Assembly: GCA_036172245.1 (NCBI GenBank)
Contig: JAYWIR010000087.1
Span: 248,001-293,062 of the forward strand
Origin: Raillietiella orientalis
Lineage: Eukaryota
Direction: 5' to 3'
DNA: 45,062 bases
The notes under the pieces: model-generated
Seen by the model: only the letters and a program-made list of their open reading frames with translations
Told to the model about the DNA's origin: nothing
Databases searched by the model: none
Shown: positions 8,508 through 20,987 of the stretch, one piece after another
How the letters are laid out: every line of letters starts with the position of its first letter
How positions within the stretch are numbered: position 1 is the stretch's first letter
Program-made: the position numbers and the translations under genes

Positions 8508-10690
8508 GGGCGGTTGTACTGGCGATGCGGCGCCCGCAACACCTGTGGGGTCGCGTTCTTTCTGAAGCCAGTAATCAACGCGGCCGTGAAGCGCGTGCGT
8601 TTTGGGGACGACGCACGGATCGGCAAACTAATTCCCAGAAGGTCCGATTCGATCGACCTCATCGTCACCAATGTGTACGCTCCTAGCGGTAAGCAGGGAT
8701 ACCAGCAGCGTAACGCTTTACTGGAAACCTTGAAGCGCGAATGGCTGGTGAACGCGGACGTGCGAAAGGCGCATCTGATAGCAGGGGATTTCAACGTCCT
8801 CCTGCTCTCAGATCAGCCCTTATCACAGGAGAACGCGATCAACGAGTTGTGCGTCGCCATGCGCGCGCGCAACTTGTTGAAAGAAATACAGAGGATGGTG
8901 AGCAGCGTGGATCACGTCTTCCTCGACGAAGATCTGTGCACAGGGGTCGGAAAACAAGGGACACTTGAATCTACGCTTTCGGACCATTCCCGGTTATTAT
9001 TCGAGATGCGCCCGCTTGACAAGGGACAGCCATCCAGGAATCGGCGTATGCCACGGGACTAAACGCGCCTGTCAAGAGCGAATGAACATCTTCGCGAATT
9101 CCTGCGAGGCGTCACCCTCCAGAGTCTCGCGGTTTAAGACCTATTGAAGGACTCCGTGCGGGATTTCTGCGACCAGTTACCTGTGCAACGTCTGCCCCGG
9201 TGATTCCGCGAAGGAGCTTGCAAAGAACGCGCGTATTTGCACGCGCGTCGTCACGAAAGTAACCCCAATGTCCGTCGCCTGGACGAATACCGCGCCGCAG
9301 CCGAGCGACGAGGCTGGGAATCCGGGTCAGCCAGCATGCTGGATGACCTGGGCCGGGTACGTTCGTCCCCGTAATCGGTACGGAATCTCGTGCGGTGTTT
9401 TTATTTCTTTCTTTACGTGAGAACACCACCCGAACAAAACGCCTCGCGGCGATTGCTCATGAGTGGTTCCGTGGCGCTAGGGGAGGAGGAGAAAGAAATA
9501 CTCGATGAGTCTTTCACGACCGGTGAAATTCTCGCCGGTGTCAAAAGGATCAAGAAGCGTAAGGCGCCAGGAGAAGACGGCTTGCCCGCGGAGTTATTTC
9601 AGAGTTTTGCGGAAGAGCTGGCCCCTTTGCTGCTCGAGTTGACAAGGCGAATTCGAGACGAAGGCGATTTTCCCGCGTTGTTTAGGTTATGCAGGGTGAG
9701 TCTCCTCTCGAAGGGAGGATTCCTCAGGAAACTTTGCAACTGGCGTCCGATCACGATTTTGAACACGGACGCTAAGTTGATCGCCGGGCTGTGGGCGTCG
9801 CGATTGGGGAAGGTGTCCGATTTCATAATTAGCCCGGAGCAGTCTTACGCTGTTCCCGGGCGAAGTATGGAGGACACCCTCTTCTTCGCGAGCACATGGA
9901 TGCACGCGCAGCGGAGTAGGAAAGCAGGGAAAGGGAAAATTTGCAATCCTACTTTGGGGCTGCCAGTAGAACAATGTAGGGACTGTTATGCGTTAAACGG
10001 TGCCTTAGCGATCGCAGTCGACCTCCATAAGGCATTCGACTGTGTTGACCAGGAACTCCTCTTGGAGCTCCTGGGTCGCGTGGGCTTCCCACCCTCCTTG
10101 ATTACCTACCTGCGCTCTTGCTGGCGGAACGCGATAATCTAGATTACTTTCAGTGATCAAAAGGTGCGGCGGGGCATTAGGCAGGGCGACAGCGTCAGCC
10201 CCCTGCTCTTTAGCACCTACGCTGAGTTGGTGCTGAGAGCGTACAGGGTGACTTTGGCCCCCTTGCCTAGCTCTTGCCCCGGCACGCCAGCCGTAGCAGC
10301 GTATGCTGACGATCTTCTGCTGTTCTTAACTATGTCCACCTTGGCGAAAGCGGTCGGAGAATTCTCAGACCTGCCTAGTCGTGGGGCCGGATTACAGGTT
10401 AACAGGGCGAAGTTGTCGGTGGTGTTATTTGCAGCGGCGTGGGCAAAGGAGCAGGACTGGGTCCGTCTAGGGATTCTCACGTTGAGGTGCATCAAGTACC
10501 TTGGTATGCCGTGGGGGAATTCTCCCCTGCGGTAGCGTAGTCCAGCTGCCTCCAAAAACTCGAGACGGCGATCGGCTTGTTCCTGGACGGCAAGTTTCAG
10601 TTGCCACAACGGGTCGCGGTTTGGAACGCCTTCGCAACCCCCATCCTCTCTCCCTGGTGCAGGTTTTCCGCATCTTGCAGGATTTTTGCT
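8508..10690 (+). pseudogene. Continuation of LINE C (B1): EN, linker and RT, degraded
   Basis: NVYAP, AGDFN, SDH, KAPGEDG, NWRPITILNTD, DLHKAFD, GIRQGD, YADD; several stops and frameshifts. Confidence 0.9.
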
Positions 10691-10867
10691 CCTCTATCTA
10701 CTCGAGGAAAGTATCAGAGCGCGTCTTTGTGCGGCATCTGCTGCCAGAGGGAGCGCCTGCGCGAAGATAGGAGCAACTTCACCACTTAGTCCAAGAATTC
10801 ACGATGACGGAGATTATCTATGCCATCGTGAAACTAAAAGAACATAAAGCACCATGCTAATTCGGTC

Positions 10868-11309
10868 TGCCAGCGGAATTCTATCAACACTTCGCGACAT
10901 AGCTGGTCCCCCTGGTGCACAAATTATGTACGCTGATCCTTGAACGTACGCATGTTCGCAACTCGTTCTGGTCAGCTAGAGTATGTCTCCTGCTTAAGGG
11001 TGAAGATTTGAGCAACGTCGGCAACTGGCGTCGCATCACTATAGTGAATGCGTACGCCAGGTTGCTTGCCAAACTCTAGGCTAAGCAACTGTGACCGTGG
11101 TCATTCCGGAACAGACTTACGCTGTTCCCGGAAGAACCATGTAGGTCAACCTGTTCCTCGTCAGCACGTTTTGGCAGATGCAACAACGCGTGGCTCAGCT
11201 AGTTCGGGAAGGTCTTGGACTCTCCACAGATCGGGAGGTGGGAAGCCGAAGGGGTGAATCGGCGCCTGGAGCCCTTGCGATCGCAGTCGATATGCGTAAA
11301 GCTTTCGAT
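10868..11309 (+). pseudogene. Second RT N-terminal fragment (B2)
   Basis: AEFYQHF..NWRRITIVNAYA..PGALAIAVDMRKAFD, repeating a region already present in B1. Confidence 0.75.
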
Positions 11310-11366
11310 TTCAAACCGGATTTCTCCAAGACGTTTATTTAAAAATAAACTTTACAATAAAATGTC
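11310..11366 (-). mobile_element. Very short antisense LINE 3'-terminal fragment
   Basis: Reverse complement AATAAACGTCTTGGAGAAATCCGGTTTGAA resembles the family terminus; plus strand GACGTTTATTTAAAAATAAAC parallels GACGTTTATTTGAAATAAAC near 32845. Confidence 0.5.
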
Positions 11367-11404
11367 AGTGGCTGCAGCGATACTGCAGCCAAGCACGAAG
11401 AACA

Positions 11405-13225
11405 ACGGCGTGGTTGTTTGTCGCGGCATCCGGCAGGGCGACAGCCTCAGCCCACTGCTCTTCAGCATCTACTTTGAGTTGGTTCTGAGATCATACAGGT
11501 AGACTTTGGCAACTGTTCCCAGCTCGTGTTCCGGCACGCCTGCCGTGTCGGCCTATGCGTTTGACCTTCTACTCCTTCTCCTTGCGTCCTCCACGGAATC
11601 AGCGCTCAAAAAATCCGTCGAGTTGCTGCGCCGCGGGACATGCCTCGAGGTGAACAGGACGAAGACGTCGATCATCTTTTCCGACTCGTCGCGGGCAGAA
11701 AGGCCGGACTGGATCCGCTTGGGGATCCCCACGGGCGGGTACATCAAGTACCCTGTCGTTCCGTTTGGAGACTTCGGCGCTGCAGAAGCCTGGTCTGACC
11801 ATCTCGAAAAGGTGCAGTTGGCGATCGGCCCGTTCAGGGACGGCAAGTTCTACTTGCGGTAACGGGCCGCGCTGTGGAACGCCTTTGCGCACCCCTCCTT
11901 CGCCCTCTACTTTTTGTGTTTCCCGCCTTCTCCAAATAAGGACACGTACAAGGGGCCTCATCAGGAAAGCCCTTTGGGGAAACCAGAGGTCCCGCGTCCG
12001 ACTAAAAGATATGTGCGCTCCACGGAGGGACGGTGGACTTGGTCTCTTGACGTTAGAGCGCATGGAGCGTCAGCTCCAAATAAGAAAACTTGCCTTTGCG
12101 GCAAAATATTGGACAGCACCTTGGTGTGCGCTCATACGACTCCTCGCCCACAGGGCAACCGGCTGCGATGGACTGACTGCAGTCCTCGTAGCCAACGACG
12201 GTAGACTGCAACATTGTGGTTCACAGCTACAAGAATTGGTGGCCCTGGTGAGAAGAAACCCCTGGATCTCCTGCAGTTCCGCAAACTGGACTACCTGGCT
12301 CCAAGAGTCCGTTTCCGCGTGAGCAAGAATCAGCGGAGCCAGCGAGGTGGAATTCCGTTGCCTTTATCGAGGCAGTAACGCTGGCCAGCCCCAGCGAGAG
12401 ATCGTATGCAACCCAGAAAAGCTTTTGTGGGCCGCATTCACTACCCTTGACCCCGTGCTGCCCTTTCCTATAAAAGTCAGGGACAGCCAAGAGGACGCTT
12501 GTTGCGAAGTGTTCTGCCTAATCGGAGGCAGGAAAAAACCTATGAAGGCGTGCACGTTCCGGGAACAAGCGGACGCTACAACCCCGACTGTCCAGCCAAA
12601 TACAATTGTGCGCTGGGGCGAGCTGCTCGACATGGCTCCGCAGGAGGTGAAGTGGCCCCCGGCGTCTTGGGACAGTGGCACCCTCCCTTTAGATTGGCAG
12701 GAGACCTCGCTGCTTGTGCTCCATTGGGAACTATTGAGCAGAGCACGCCTGTCTCACTAGACATTGGGGAGATTGGATGCACATTGTACAGAGTGTGGGG
12801 AAAGGGAGACCTTCCCCCACTTACTCATCGAATGTGTTGCCCTCTGCCGAACGTGTGATCGACTCTCTTCGGCCATAAATGTAGGGATGGACTACCCTAA
12901 AAACATTTTTCGTCGCCTCTTGATGCGGAACTTCCTCCCAGGTGCCGCGTATGTTGCAGTCCTCTGCTGCATACGAGGAATATTGGACAAGTAGAACGCG
13001 TCGATAAGAGGCCACAGCAGTCGAAATGCCATCCACTGGGTGGACATCTCCATGGAGAAGGCTTCCCGTTAGCGCCGGCTAAGGAAAATTTCGCCAGCAC
13101 TTGTTCGCATCCGGAACCAGATGCAGAGGCCTCCCCTCGACGCACAGTCATCATTTCCCTTCCCATAAACAATGTCCCCTAGGCGTTTCTCTTGTTTTTT
13201 TTGTGTATTTTTTTTCCTTTTTCGC
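11405..13225 (+). pseudogene. LINE ORF2 C-terminal half (B3) and partial 3' UTR
   Basis: GIRQGDSLSPLLF, degenerate YAFD, RRDGGLGL, CTECGERETFPHLLIEC; T-rich UTR without the terminal hairpin. Confidence 0.88.
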
Positions 13226-13499
13226 CACCTGAGTCGATGAATTAAGGAACATCAAATGAGATTGCTCGGCGAAAAAATCTCCGCTGTAGAAGTTCTATCT
13301 CCTTCCGTGGAACTTTGCAAAAATGCGACTGCCAGCTCTGATAGTGTGCCCAACCCTCACTAACAGCGATTTGTTAACGCCTTCCTCCGACTATTTTACC
13401 AACTGACAGTGTGCATCCGCGAAGAGCGATTACCCTTATTCTTTACGGAAACAGGAAGAAACTCATGCCAATAGGTGGTGATCTGACTGAAGTTACCTA

Positions 13500-14110
13500 A
13501 TGGATAACAATCTTTTTTTATTGAATTAAATTTGGTAACAACTGCAAAAACGTTCCTGCTGGCTCTGCCTGCTGTTCCAGCATTTCGAATATGATTGACG
13601 ATTTGATGTTTACTTCGTAATGACTGGTCTTGGGATTGTGGTCGCTCTATAATGTAAAGCATGGGGTCGCCCTCATCGTCAGGTGGATGAACAGTCCGTG
13701 ATTCCATTAAATATCCCTGCTTGCCCTATTGCAGCAGGAAACACATAGCTTCCTCAAGTTTTTTCCGTTGTTCTCTTTAATTCCTAGTAGTCGTAGTGCG
13801 CTCTATTTCTTGGGATCGCACGATCCCAAGGATTACAGGATGAGAGCTTCAACGATGGCAGCTTTGACGTACTGCTTGATGGTGTGGATTAGAATTGGAT
13901 ACTTTCCTTCTTCCTTTTTCCCTGCATCCGTGAACACGTTTTCCTTGCGTTCGAATGTGCAAGTCTTGCAACGTCAATTATAAAGGAGTTTCCATGTTTT
14001 TTAAAGGTAAATGTTACGCCGAGGATAAAACGATAATTGGCAGACCGAAACCGAGTGGTTGACAAAGATCTGAAACAACCCTTGAGTGAAACCATGCCGC
14101 TGCTAATTGC
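13500..14110 (-). pseudogene. Possible highly decayed Ty1/Copia RT-RNase H relic
   Basis: TRFGLPIIVLSSA*HL resembles TRPDIxxAVxxLxQ; RTVHPPDD..PQSQDQSLRSKHQIVNHIRN resembles the Copia RNase H NP..HxRSKHIDxxYHFIR; many disruptions. Confidence 0.3.
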
Positions 14111-14724
14111 TCCGGTCGAATGGTAGCCGGAGGCTAAATGTCGGACAATTCAAGTGGGGTCAGTCTACCATCATCGAGTACAGCCGTTACGACGATGAAG
14201 ACCATTTGTGGGCTTCACCGACAATCAGGTGCTCGACACCTACCGATCACGAGATGGTGCTGAAGATATCGGGAGAACTGGACCGCCCAGCATACTCGTA
14301 AGTACACTTTCAAAGAGGCTTCTTTTACTCCAGTTATATACACAGCCTTACATTTGTTTTCCTCTTTTCAGTAGTTGAGAAAATGGAATAGAAGGAGTTT
14401 TCCGTTTGAGTTGTTGGGTTCACAACCTACTTACCCCTGAACATCACAGTTAAATAGGAGGACTGTCTATGAGCATCTCACAGAGATTTCTCGTTGATGA
14501 ACAACCCTGTAGCCTGACTACGAGTTCATTCAGCCGAGAAAGAGGATAAATGATTATCGACGCGATACAGAGATAGAAATACGCGCTGGAGCAGAAGCAT
14601 TAACTAGAGTCCCTGTATCGAAGCAAGGAACTCTGGAAGGTGGAATTCATCCTTGTAATTCCCTGGCAGCTCCCCATTCCTAGTAACACGAGAAGCTGGA
14701 TGTAACAGTGGCCTGGATTTACGT

Positions 14725-15430
14725 TGAGAAAATTGGATCAACAAAGACGCGATGGCCACCACCATCACTATCGCGTGCTTAAGTACATCGAGATTTTGGG
14801 GAAAAGTTTTTTGCAGCATACGCGAATGGTAGAAAAGCGACAGGAACAACGCGTGGTCCAGGTTGAACACGAAACACCTTCATCATGTCATACGTGAAGA
14901 CGATCAAGACAGCCATGCTCTCCAGAAAGTTCCCAATCGCTACAGAAACGACACCGTCAATACCTTAGCGTTTAAAACGACGTTCGGGAGGAGTGAGCTG
15001 CCTCCAGACATCCAAGATGACCTCTGGGTGTTCTACCACGGAGAAACGCGAAGTTTTTCCTGAATAGAATACCTCACTGGCAACCAAGCAGAAGAGATTT
15101 GCAAAGAATGGGGTGACGTGGACACGGATCTTCACGACTGGACCTGTCTCAAGAAGCAACAAGATGGCAAACTCTGGAAAAGGAAATGGGACTGGCAAGG
15201 AACTCGATGATAGAAATCCAGGGGTGCATTTTTGAGACGGGGCTCCTCTTACCCGCACTACACGCATACGCGAAGCTTGCATGCGATACATAAGAGAACG
15301 AACTTAGCTGTACAGATGAACCACCGAAACTGTGTATTTCATCCGGAGCCACGTAGGAAGATGACGGCTGTTCAACTGTTCTGCTGAGAACAGACAAGAC
15401 CATCATTAGAATGCACGACATAATCGAAAG
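14725..15430 (+). pseudogene. Decayed Ty1/Copia integrase region relic
   Basis: Motifs in Copia order across frameshifts: RRDGH..YRVLK (pre-integrase), GG..DDLWVF, EEICKEWG..RIFTT..SNKMA, LARNSMIE..VHF*DGAPLT..IR, then LCI..RLFN..KTIIRMHDI (SH3-like). Confidence 0.45.
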
Positions 15431-16062
15431 CGTGTGTATCGTGACGAATTCCGCCAGCGCGTTTTTAGATCCGTAGACAGGGATTTTACTCTCAATTTGG
15501 TATTGTCCACCAGGAATTTTCCTCCGTCGCGGCTAAGAAGATTTCCTAGCCACGGATGGACAATAGGTAGCAATGCTGGGGATGCACAAGTGCCGTACTC
15601 TTGCAAGGCATGTTTACGTAACCAATGCTCCTCACGGCCATGATGGCGGGGTCTTCCTCTTGCACGCCAATGGAGTTCAGTTCGTTGACTGACAGATTCT
15701 CGTCGCGATCCCTAAAAATGTTGTTAATAAACTTGTGCTCTTTGATTCTTGAGAACCACTGACAACTGTTATGCATGGGAAAGAAAAAAAAAACTAAGAG
15801 CTTTGCAAGTACGTAAAAAGAAAACAGATGATGTTAATTTTAGAATATGTCTTATATTGAGGAATGTGATAATAGAATAATTTGATAAGAAGTCATCATG
15901 AAGTTTAAGCCAATATGGATGCTATGAAAAATAAGAATGAATAGGAAACAGCTATTTTTTTAAAAGTTGATCGCAGTTCTAAGAGATAATGGTATGAAGG
16001 GTACCTTCTAAGAGCTTACAAAGATCAATGTAAGACACGTATTACCGATAGGAAATGAGCTC

Positions 16063-16097
16063 ATCAGCTTCTGGTCCTGGCTAAGATCAGGGTGTAG
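16063..16097 (+). ncRNA. U2 snRNA-like 5' fragment (pseudogene or remnant)
   Basis: ATCAGCTTCTGGTCCTGGCTAAGATCAGGGTGTAG versus U2 ATCGCTTCTCGGCCTTTTGGCTAAGATCAAGTGTAG; similarity stops after GTGTAG. Confidence 0.45.
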
Positions 16098-17989
16098 CGT
16101 TGATGGACTCAGTTTTCTTTTCTCATTGATAAGATTCACGGAAGACGTTATTTTTAACCAGAAACGGATAAAAGAAATGCATTCTTCTTATCGTTATGAA
16201 AGTGACTGCGGAATATTTAAATTCAACTCTGGTTGAGATCGAACTGTCCATGTGCGAAGAAAAATCATAAAGTCTCCTAAACTAATGAATAGATGATTCT
16301 CAAAGGAAAAAATCGCCACAATCAATTTTCACTTCTAGTCACTGAAAAAGCCGATAGATACAGTGATGAAGAACAAAGCAGTCTCTTTGTCAAGGTTGTC
16401 AAAAAGACAAAATTTCATGTGCTTGAAATGAACATCGTCTTACACAATCGTTGATCACATAACCAAGATCTGCTTCTATGAGAGCCTTTTGCAGATTTGA
16501 TTTGATGATATGAATTCTTCATTCAAACATCATTCAGAAAAAATAACTTGATGATCTGGAACCTCGCCGTTCATAGAATGAAATCATCAACATTTTTAAG
16601 GCTGCTAAGAACATTTGGTTTCCAAAAAATGCTGTGTGTTTGAAAATCTTTACTCCATAAAGAATGTTCCATGATTTGAAATCAATCATCATGGGGAGCA
16701 ACAATTTCCATGTGCGTTAAATGAGTAGTATTAAGTTGATTTTTCATGTGCAGCTTTTGATAGAAAGTGCCGAACTCCCCTCCTTGTGGCCTCAACAGAA
16801 CACGCTGCTGCAGAAGGCAGACGAGCTTTGAGCTTGCCTACATTCCTGTTCCTAACGAGCCCTTTCATGTACCCACCATCTTTCAGTGAACACCGGTTTG
16901 CTGAACATCAATTCGCGAAACAAACTGCACAACTGCACTAGGAAACTTTATTCTCAGAAATTCCGAGTCTGCCATGACCATCCAAATCATATGCTCCTTA
17001 TGTCAACCAAAACTGATGGTTGTCGAACAGGGTCGCAGTGCAAAGTGCAAGGCACTGATCCCAGATTCTGTCCTGGGAAGAGCCTAAAATGCAACAGGCG
17101 GTAAACAAGAAAATGGCTGCAAAAATAATCCACGCAAAGATAAACAACGAGAAATCAAAGCCTACTACTTCGAGGTAGATATTACGTTCTGTTGTTTCAG
17201 ATGTGAAATAAGCAGAAATGACAATTCACAAAGCGAATACTGTTCGGTGTTTACAGATCGTTCCTTGATGACACGAACTAGTTGAATGATTAAAAACCCT
17301 ATAGTTTTACACATTCCTCAGAACTCGTCCATGCAAAAGCATCCATTCATCATATTTCGAAACCAATACATCCCTCCCACAAATTCGAGGAATCAGCAGC
17401 AATTGCCAGAAAGAATACCGAGGTTCAGCATCCATACACACATCATCAAATCCACACGAGAGAAATTCATACCACTGCGTGCTAGAAGCATAACGAAGGT
17501 AGCAACTATTCGACAATCCATGGAGAAAGAAAATGATGCTCTCTCTTTCAGAGGGAAACGTTACCTGAAATACATTTAACATTTGGCAAAATGCAGTAAT
17601 TCACTCACGAAAATATTAGTCTCACACGCGCTACGCAGAGGAACTGCGGAACCATAAGATATTTGACAATTTCCTGCCGTCTTGTCGAAGAACAAATCAC
17701 AAGGTCCCTGAAACTGACGAAAATCAAGCAAATCGGTTCAAGATCTTTCTGCCGCCGAAGTAAAGTTGGTTGCAGGAACATCTGTAGAAACTACTGCCGA
17801 ATGGAAAACCAGTAAAGTAGTAACCTAAAAAACTCAATATTTGAGAAAACCATCGCAGTGAAGACAAGGAAATAAAGCAGCAACCACAAAAACCACACGC
17901 AAGAAAGAGACATTGAAAAAAATACAAGAACTATTCCAGACAAAAAAAAAAAAAGAGTTTCAAAAGCATGACTCACTTCGCAATTATCA

Positions 17990-20987
17990 AAAAGATCAAA
18001 GGGATGGAAACGGCAAACACGAATCAAAATGAAACCAAATAACATTGAGATATATCCGGGAGTGCAGAGAAACCAACAAGAGCAACAAATCTCTCAGAAA
18101 AACTGAAACACAGCAAGAAAAGAAGTTCCATTCCTCAAGGTGAAACACTTGCTGGAAATTCTCGAGGTGAAAATGAATAAATTCGATCAGCAAAGAAAGA
18201 AACGAAACAATGAAAAAACCGAAGTACCACGAAGTCACTCAAGCACCAAGAAGAGCAGCAGCTACAAAACTAAGAAGCCCTTAAAGTGAGCAGCCGAAAG
18301 ATTCGTACCACAACGCGCTGTTTACCCTCAAATCAACGATTCAGAAGGCAATCGGAAAAAATCGTCCAGCATGCGACACAAGAAGTGAACTCCTAAGAAG
18401 AACATGGTTTCAAACACCAACGACTGCTTACGATGTTGAATAGAAGTGACAGCATCTTTTCTCTCGAAATATCATCCGAAACGGACGCAGAATTGAGCAA
18501 CGGATTGAGACAAGAACGCCGCTACCCTGCGTTTTCTACAGATTCACTTGCGGTTTCCGCAAGCACATGAGAATTCCTCCCTCCTCCTTCTCCTAAGGTG
18601 TCCTCCCAACGAATGCTCGTATCTCTCAAGGCGTGCTGCGGAAAACAACGGATGATTCACTTTTCCACATCGGAGGACGTTCTCGGCACACCACAGCCGT
18701 ATAGAATATTCCCATTACGGAGAAACATTGCAGCAATATAGTCAACGGAATGCTCTTTAGGTGAGAAAGAAACCACAACGAGTTTGCAACATAAGATGCG
18801 TATCAAAAGAGTGGCGAGCTGGCTGGAGGCGACAACGCACGGTAGCTTTCAAGTGTGGCAGGAAAAGGCATTGAACAACAACTTAGGCGACTGGAATAAG
18901 AAAACTGCGATGGTAATGAAGAAGGAGCAGGCAGAAAGGAACTTCGGGACATCAAAGGTTGTAAATAGTGTTTTCCTTGACACGTGAAGATCCGGCCAAA
19001 GAACGTCGAATAGGAGTAGATTTGAGAGAAACTTGTGCAGGCGCAACATGGCGGCAGTATGCCATGTGTACCATAACAGCGAATGCACCACCGGCAGTAG
19101 GCTGCAACTGCGAACAGGGAAACACCTATTGTGGCACGTTGGAGTGGTCCCGGAGACCAGGCAGGAAGGCACGAAAGTTGCAAACGAAATTCGCTTTCGC
19201 AAGCCCAAAATCCACATTGATGCGGAAGCAGCTCGCGCATTCTACATGTAACGAAAATTTAAGGGGCTCCATGCGTGGCCCACAAACCTTCAGAAAACCA
19301 TGAGACTGCGGTTTCACAATAGAAAATTGGAATCCAAAAAGCCGATGGCATTTTCTTTCCCATCTTCGGAAAGAAATGCGAAAAAAAATCCTTCAAACGC
19401 TATCGCAGACAATAACACGTGTTTTATTAGTGGATGTTTGCGTTCTTCTGTGATAACAGCATGAAGCACTTCGCGACTTTTCTCGGGAACGGTTTGCTCG
19501 AAACCATTTTCCGGAAGAGGTTCGTGCAAGGGTATTGAAGGATGGAGGAACTAACAGAGAACATACGAAACCTGTTGGGAAAATTACTGTAATGAATAGG
19601 GGGCGCGGAAGAAATCGTAGCTTCTCCCCTACTGTCCTCCTTGTGCCCTCAAGGATGCTGGCAAATTCTTGCTTGCTGAGCACTATGCGCGAGCACGTCA
19701 CCGCGGATATTTCGATCCCATATCCTCCCACGATTCGAAGAATATGGTTCCTATATTTTTCCTGCTTCTTTCGTCGCTGCTCCCAGCGGTCACGGTTCCG
19801 CAAACAGAGCACAATACTGAGATCCCTCAGGCAAGCCAAACTCGGGTTCGCTCGCGCAGACAAATAAAGAGCCCGTTGGTGGCTTCAATGAAGTTCTACG
19901 ACGAAGTAGAGCGTTCACGCTCACGTCGGGAAGGAACAAACCCAAAAAACAGGAGCGCCATGTTTCCATTTGACCTCCTCTGCTCCATTCTGGTGCCAGA
20001 ATATTTCTTACCAACTGTTGAGATTCGCTTTGCATGGGTTGACTGAGCCCAACAGTCGCGAAGCAGGGTTTCCCTATCCCAAAAGAAGCATCGATTCGTC
20101 GCTAAACGGCGTGGGGAACTTCAATGCTTGCAACAGGATATCGATTGATCTGCCCGACGCCGAATTCTTTTAATACGAAAGCAACCCAAGGTGAGCGTCA
20201 AAGCTCTGAACGCACCGCGCAGCATTTCAACATCAGCATCCTTATTGCGACCTAGCAGTGTGCCTTCTATGCTGCGGTATGCACTTTGTCTGGGTTACTA
20301 CGTAGCAATCATAGCATTACAGCAAAAACAGTTGCCTGCGCTCGAATGGAGGTTATTGAGAAGTCCATTTTATCCATCAGTAAGCAACGAGAGAAGAATT
20401 TCCTCTTTTGAGCTCCTCAGCGTGCCGAACATCTTTGCGTGGTCCTGAAGTGTGATTATCGTCTGCAGATGCTGGTAGAACAACAACGCTCACCAGCTTT
20501 GGCACATTGGAAGAAGTATAGTAACTTAGTAATCGCACCATGAAAAGCAGAAGACTGCGAGCAACACGCAAGCACTACGAAGAAAGCTGCTGCCAAGTTT
20601 TCCAAAAAAAGCTTCAGCTATGGAAAGTGCACACAATTTGTAGTCACTTTCACAATCCCGAGTTGTGCGTCGGGATGCTGGATTGGGTATCCTGACAATG
20701 GAGCGAATCGGACTGCAGGTGCAGTTCCGACTGCTGGCACTGTGTGCCCTGCTGTGGACATCCCCCCTGTGTGTGCCAGCACGCATTCTCCTACGGAGAT
20801 GCGCCGGCAGCGGACGACTGCTGCCGCTGTTACCGGGCTCGCAATACAGGAAGCGAAGTTTCAACTATCCTTTGCGGCAATTAACCGCACATCTGGAGGC
20901 CTACTCGTGTATCTCGTCAAGCCCAATAAACTTCGACGCTTGGCGGCAGGAGTCTGTTGAATCCCGAGGGCGTTTCCAGGAATGCGC
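17990..20987 (+). repeat. Left arm of ~3 kb inverted duplication (partner 33899-36900)
   Basis: Mirror-image ORF sets (e.g. 19669-20046+ versus 34841-35218-; paired coordinates sum to about 54887); near-identical sequence. Confidence 0.95.

Noticed and set aside
8073..9062. 329-aa ORF that looks like a novel fusion with an endonuclease
   Set aside because: Chance read-through from antisense A across the TSD into the interrupted EN of C.
17250..18250. K/Q/E-rich stretch with a decayed knuckle-like NCGTIRY..SC, possibly an ancient ORF1
   Set aside because: Too degraded to support a call without a search.
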